Shown here: positions 46,201 through 48,087 of the stretch, piece by piece
Layout of the letters: every line of letters begins with the position of its first letter
How positions within the stretch are numbered: position 1 is the stretch's first letter
Assembly: GCA_037189665.1 (NCBI GenBank)
Contig: JBBCIV010000030.1
Span: 1 to 48,087, forward strand
Direction: 5' to 3'
Source: Phycisphaerae bacterium
GTDB taxonomy: Bacteria > Planctomycetota > Phycisphaerae > Tepidisphaerales > Tepidisphaeraceae
Length of the DNA: 48,087 nt
Position numbers and translations under genes: made by a program
Notes under the pieces: model-generated
The model's database searches: none
What the model saw: only the letters and a program-made list of their open reading frames with translations
What the model was told of the DNA's origin: nothing

Positions 46201-46688
46201 AAGCTGGCCTTGATGATGATCGGGAAGCCGATTTCCTTCGCGGCTTTGGCGATGGCCTTGGGGTCGGTCATGCCGTCTTCGGTGCCGGGGATGGTGGGCA
46301 CGCCGGCGATGTCGGCGAGCTTCTTCGCCTCGGTCTTGTCGCCGAACATCTCGAGCATCTCCGCCGTCGGTCCGACGAACTCGATGCCCGCCTCCCGGCA
46401 CGCGCGGGCGAGGCCGGCGTTTTCGGAGAGGAAGCCGTAGCCGGGGTGGATCGCGTCCACGCCGCACGCCTTGGCGACCTCGATGATCGCCGGGATGTTC
46501 AGGTATCCCTTCACCGGCTCGCCGCCCTCCGCCGCGCCGATCTGGTACGACTCGTCGGCCTTGAAGCGGTGCAGCGCGAACCGGTCCTCGTAGGTGTAGA
46601 TCGCGACCGTGCGCAGGCCCAGTTCGGTGGCGGCCCGCATGACGCGGATGGCGATTTCGGATCGATTGGCGACGAGCAGTTTCTTCAT
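43236..46688 (-). CDS. pyc: Pyruvate carboxylase (single-chain: biotin carboxylase + carboxyltransferase + biotinyl domains)
   Basis: N-terminal biotin carboxylase (MKKLLVANRSEIAIRVMRAATELG...), central TIM-barrel carboxyltransferase, C-terminal biotinyl domain with EAMKMET. 1150 aa. Confidence 0.92.
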   Translation of the reverse strand: MKKLLVANRSEIAIRVMRAATELGLRTVAIYTYEDRFALHRFKADESYQIGAAEGGEPVKGYLNIPAIIEVAKACGVDAIHPGYGFLSENAGLARACREAGIEFVGPTAEMLEMFGDKTEAKKLADIAGVPTIPGTEDGMTDPKAIAKAAKEIGFPIIIKASFGGGGRGMRVVEKPEDLHAKLEEAQREAGAAFGRSEVFVERYIKRARHIEVQIVGDKHGNLVHLWERDCSVQRRHQKVVEVAPSFNLPRQLREDICNAAVRLMKSANYIAAGTVEFLLDDDRGDFFFIEVNPRIQVEHTVTEQVTGIDIVKTQILVAQGYKLHDAKINIPRQDKIETNGTAIQCRITSEDPANKFIPDYGRLTTYRSPAGFGIRLDGGSAFSGAVITPYFDSLLVKLTAWGQTPLDAIKRADRALREFRVRGVKSNIPFLENLINHPTFVKGDATTTFIDTHPELFKFSPRRDRATKLLGYIGNVVVNGRPEVKGKVDPKRELITPVVPAFDHNKPIPAGTKTKLDELGPEKFCEWVLKQKNLFITDTTMRDAHQSLLATRVRTYDMVKVVDFYAHKLSKLFSIECWGGATFDTAMRFLQEDPYERLATLRAKIPNVLLQMLFRGSNAVGYTNYPDNVVREFVKHASQRGMDVFRIFDSLNVPENMAVAMEAVRTETKSICEGAICYTGDILNPARSKYSLKYYVDLAKTLVKMGAHMIAIKDMAGLCKPYAASTLVKALKNEIGVPLHFHTHDTSGINAGSILRAADAGVDVADAAISAFSGMTSQPNLNSIVAALQHTPRDTKIDFEALEDAALYWEQVRDLYYPFEENIKAPSAEVYHHEMPGGQFTNLKQQAKALHLADRWKDVANAYAEVNQLFGDIVKVTPSSKVVGDMALFMVTNNLTAMDVLNPAKKLSFPKSVVEMMQGAIGVPQGGWPKVLQKIILDSAGVKPHKGRLSAALPKVNLKKVQKDLAEKLKRDVTEDDVMAYLMYPQVYNDFQEHVKLYSDTSVLPTTTFFYGLQRGDEVNVEIEPGKTLIVRFLTTSDPHDDGTRTVFFELNGQPREVRVADRSLEGKLHKQPKADPDNAHHIGAPMPGKISTIAVKAGQQVKEGEKLLSIEAMKMETAVYSPRAATVGSVDVKLGTTVAAGDLLIVLE

Positions 46689-46776
46689 TGAGCCTTCCGT
46701 GTGGCCGAGGGTTCCAAAAAATGCCTTGGCATTGTCTTTGGATGCGGTTCGATTTCAAGGCGGTAAGATAGGCCCA

Positions 46777-47313
46777 ATGCTGAAGCTTTCGGACGAAAAC
46801 GCCGGAATTCTTCGAGAAGCCGTGCGGGAGGCCCGAAAGCGTCCCGACCTGCAATCCCGCGTCCGGGCGTTGTACGCCGACGTTCAGCGGCAGGTCGACC
46901 TTCGCCAACCCCGCTGCGACATCTCCGGCCGGTGTTGTCGTTTTGAGGAATACGGGCACCGGTTGTTCGTCACCACGATCGAGATCGCCGCGTTCGTCGA
47001 ATCCCTCTCTCCTGTAGCCGCGACCTCCGCGTCGCCAATGAGAGCGTCGGAATGGGCGACGCAGGGGTCGCAGCTACAACGGCAGACGACTGATCGAAGC
47101 GCCTGCCCGTATCAGGTCAACAAGCTCTGCACCGTCCACCTCATCCGTCCCTTCGGTTGCCGCATCTTCTTCTGCGACCCGACCGCCGCCGACTGGCAGC
47201 ACGCCCAATACGAACATTTCCACCTTCGCCTCCGCGACCTGCACGCGGAACTGGACGTGCCGTATTTATACGTGGAGTGGCTGGAGGCGCTGCGGGCGAT
47301 GGCGGGCCGATAG
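46777..47313 (+). CDS. YkgJ/UPF0153-like cysteine-cluster (putative Fe-S/zinc-chelating) protein
   Basis: Start ATG 46777 (MLKLSDEN). Cys cluster CDISGRCCRF...CPYQVNKLC...CRIFFC. Confidence 0.5.
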   Translation: MLKLSDENAGILREAVREARKRPDLQSRVRALYADVQRQVDLRQPRCDISGRCCRFEEYGHRLFVTTIEIAAFVESLSPVAATSASPMRASEWATQGSQLQRQTTDRSACPYQVNKLCTVHLIRPFGCRIFFCDPTAADWQHAQYEHFHLRLRDLHAELDVPYLYVEWLEALRAMAGR

Positions 47314-47558
47314 TGCGGCACGCTATGTGAACAAGCCGGCGTGCCACGCGTCCCATCGGCGACGACGCGATTGCCGAAGTGAAAAATTCTGTTGATCAGT
47401 CATCCTCGCAAATGCCTCAACTGGCGGCCCTCCAACCAAGCACTTGATATTGCGATTGGAATTTGAATCCGCCCTCGCGATTCGGTGCGACGGAATGTTA
47501 TCTGCCGGAAACACACTCTTTATGTGTTGTAAGATATGTCACCAGTTTATAATAAAGA

Positions 47559-47588
47559 TTGACGGATATTACGCCGTCCTACTATAAC
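47559..47588 (+). promoter_or_regulatory. Sigma70-like promoter candidate TTGACG-N18-TATAAC in AT-rich intergenic region
   Basis: Located ~65 nt upstream of ATG 47651 inside a 330-bp low-GC spacer. GAGGA RBS at 47637-47641. Confidence 0.3.
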
Positions 47589-47650
47589 AACTGTGTCGCA
47601 GTTACGACTGCTTTGAGAGCTCCCCCGACGAATTGCGTGAGGATCGTCAA

Positions 47651-48087
47651 ATGAGCAATGCTACTCCCCCGATGCCACCGGTTCCCAAGCTGGAAGAAAC
47701 CCAGGAACGCCCGCATGGCGGATTCTGGGCGAACTCGATGGTCGCCTCGGTGACCGGCGCCTCCACCAGCATCATCATCCACGCCGCGATCATCATCGCC
47801 GGCCTGCTGCTCATCCCCGACGTCCGGAAAATCGTGACCGACCTGGTCGTTCCCGAAGAGCAAAACATCATTCCCACCGCCGAGCTGGCGACCGAACAGC
47901 CGGGCGGCATTCCGAACCCCGGCGTGAACTCCGACGCCACCCGCGCCGCCGCCCAGATGGTGGACGCCAGCGTCACCCAGTCGGACGCGTTCAGCGAATC
48001 GAAAAACCAGAATCTGAGCGAGACCCTCGCCCAGGGCAACCCGTCCGAAACCTCCATGCCGATCGGTACTGGCCTCCAAACCAGCAG
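47651..48087 (+). CDS. Hypothetical membrane-anchored protein, 5' partial (runs off the window end)
   Basis: ATG 47651 after a GAGGA RBS. MSNATPPMPPVPKLEETQERPHGGFWANSMVASVTGASTSIIIHAAIIIAGLLLIP (one TM), then Gln/Ser/Asn-rich sequence. No stop codon before position 48087. Confidence 0.5.
   Translation, partial: MSNATPPMPPVPKLEETQERPHGGFWANSMVASVTGASTSIIIHAAIIIAGLLLIPDVRKIVTDLVVPEEQNIIPTAELATEQPGGIPNPGVNSDATRAAAQMVDASVTQSDAFSESKNQNLSETLAQGNPSETSMPIGTGLQTS

Noticed and set aside
1-48087. CRISPR arrays, rRNA, transposase/integrase genes
   Set aside because: No regularly spaced direct repeats, no rRNA-like conserved stretches, and no DDE/tyrosine-recombinase-like ORF were seen. The only mobile-element-like signal is the TIR element at 6418-6615, and it is non-coding.

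Overview
This is a high-GC (~65%) bacterial chromosomal window. The gene content (many lipoproteins, Ser/Thr kinase, GspE paralog, large polytopic membrane proteins) suggests Planctomycetota; that attribution is inference. It is mostly densely packed core genes, many on the minus strand in translationally coupled operons.

Recognisable genes include:
- trxB, miaA, queG, rph, rnpA-yidD, birA-pyc (full-length pyruvate carboxylase), glgP-type alpha-glucan phosphorylase
- OYE flavin oxidoreductase, Nudix hydrolase, IPMDH-family dehydrogenase, Hsp20, acylphosphatase, GNAT, amidohydrolase
- MATE efflux, M50 and M42 peptidases, Ser/Thr kinase

One tRNA-Ala(CGC) on the minus strand was found by eye (G3:U70 identity pair, GGTTCGATTCC T-arm, anticodon CGC). 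It is followed by a hairpin terminator and flanked by a lower-GC islet carrying a GGCT/AIG2-like gene.

No rRNA, CRISPR array or obvious transposase was found.

The most unusual items, in order:
1. A membrane-anchored GspE-like protein with degenerate Walker A, Walker B and His boxes (a likely pseudo-ATPase) next to a CvpA-family membrane protein.
2. A tandem pair of paralogous ~700-aa polytopic membrane proteins.
3. A PHP-domain/GT4 glycosyltransferase fusion.
4. A ~190-bp intergenic element bounded by ~40-bp terminal inverted repeats (MITE-like or structured RNA).
5. Nested TGCCAC/GTGGCA inverted repeats upstream of the Ser/Thr kinase gene.
6. A ~100-nt GA-rich/CU-rich imperfect inverted repeat filling the pyc-birA intergenic spacer.
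7. A sigma54-like -24/-12 motif plus a perfect 8-bp hairpin upstream of hsp20.

Many long antisense or alternate-frame ORFs in the supplied track are GC-driven artefacts and were rejected. Non-CDS coordinates were read by eye and may be off by 1-2 nt.
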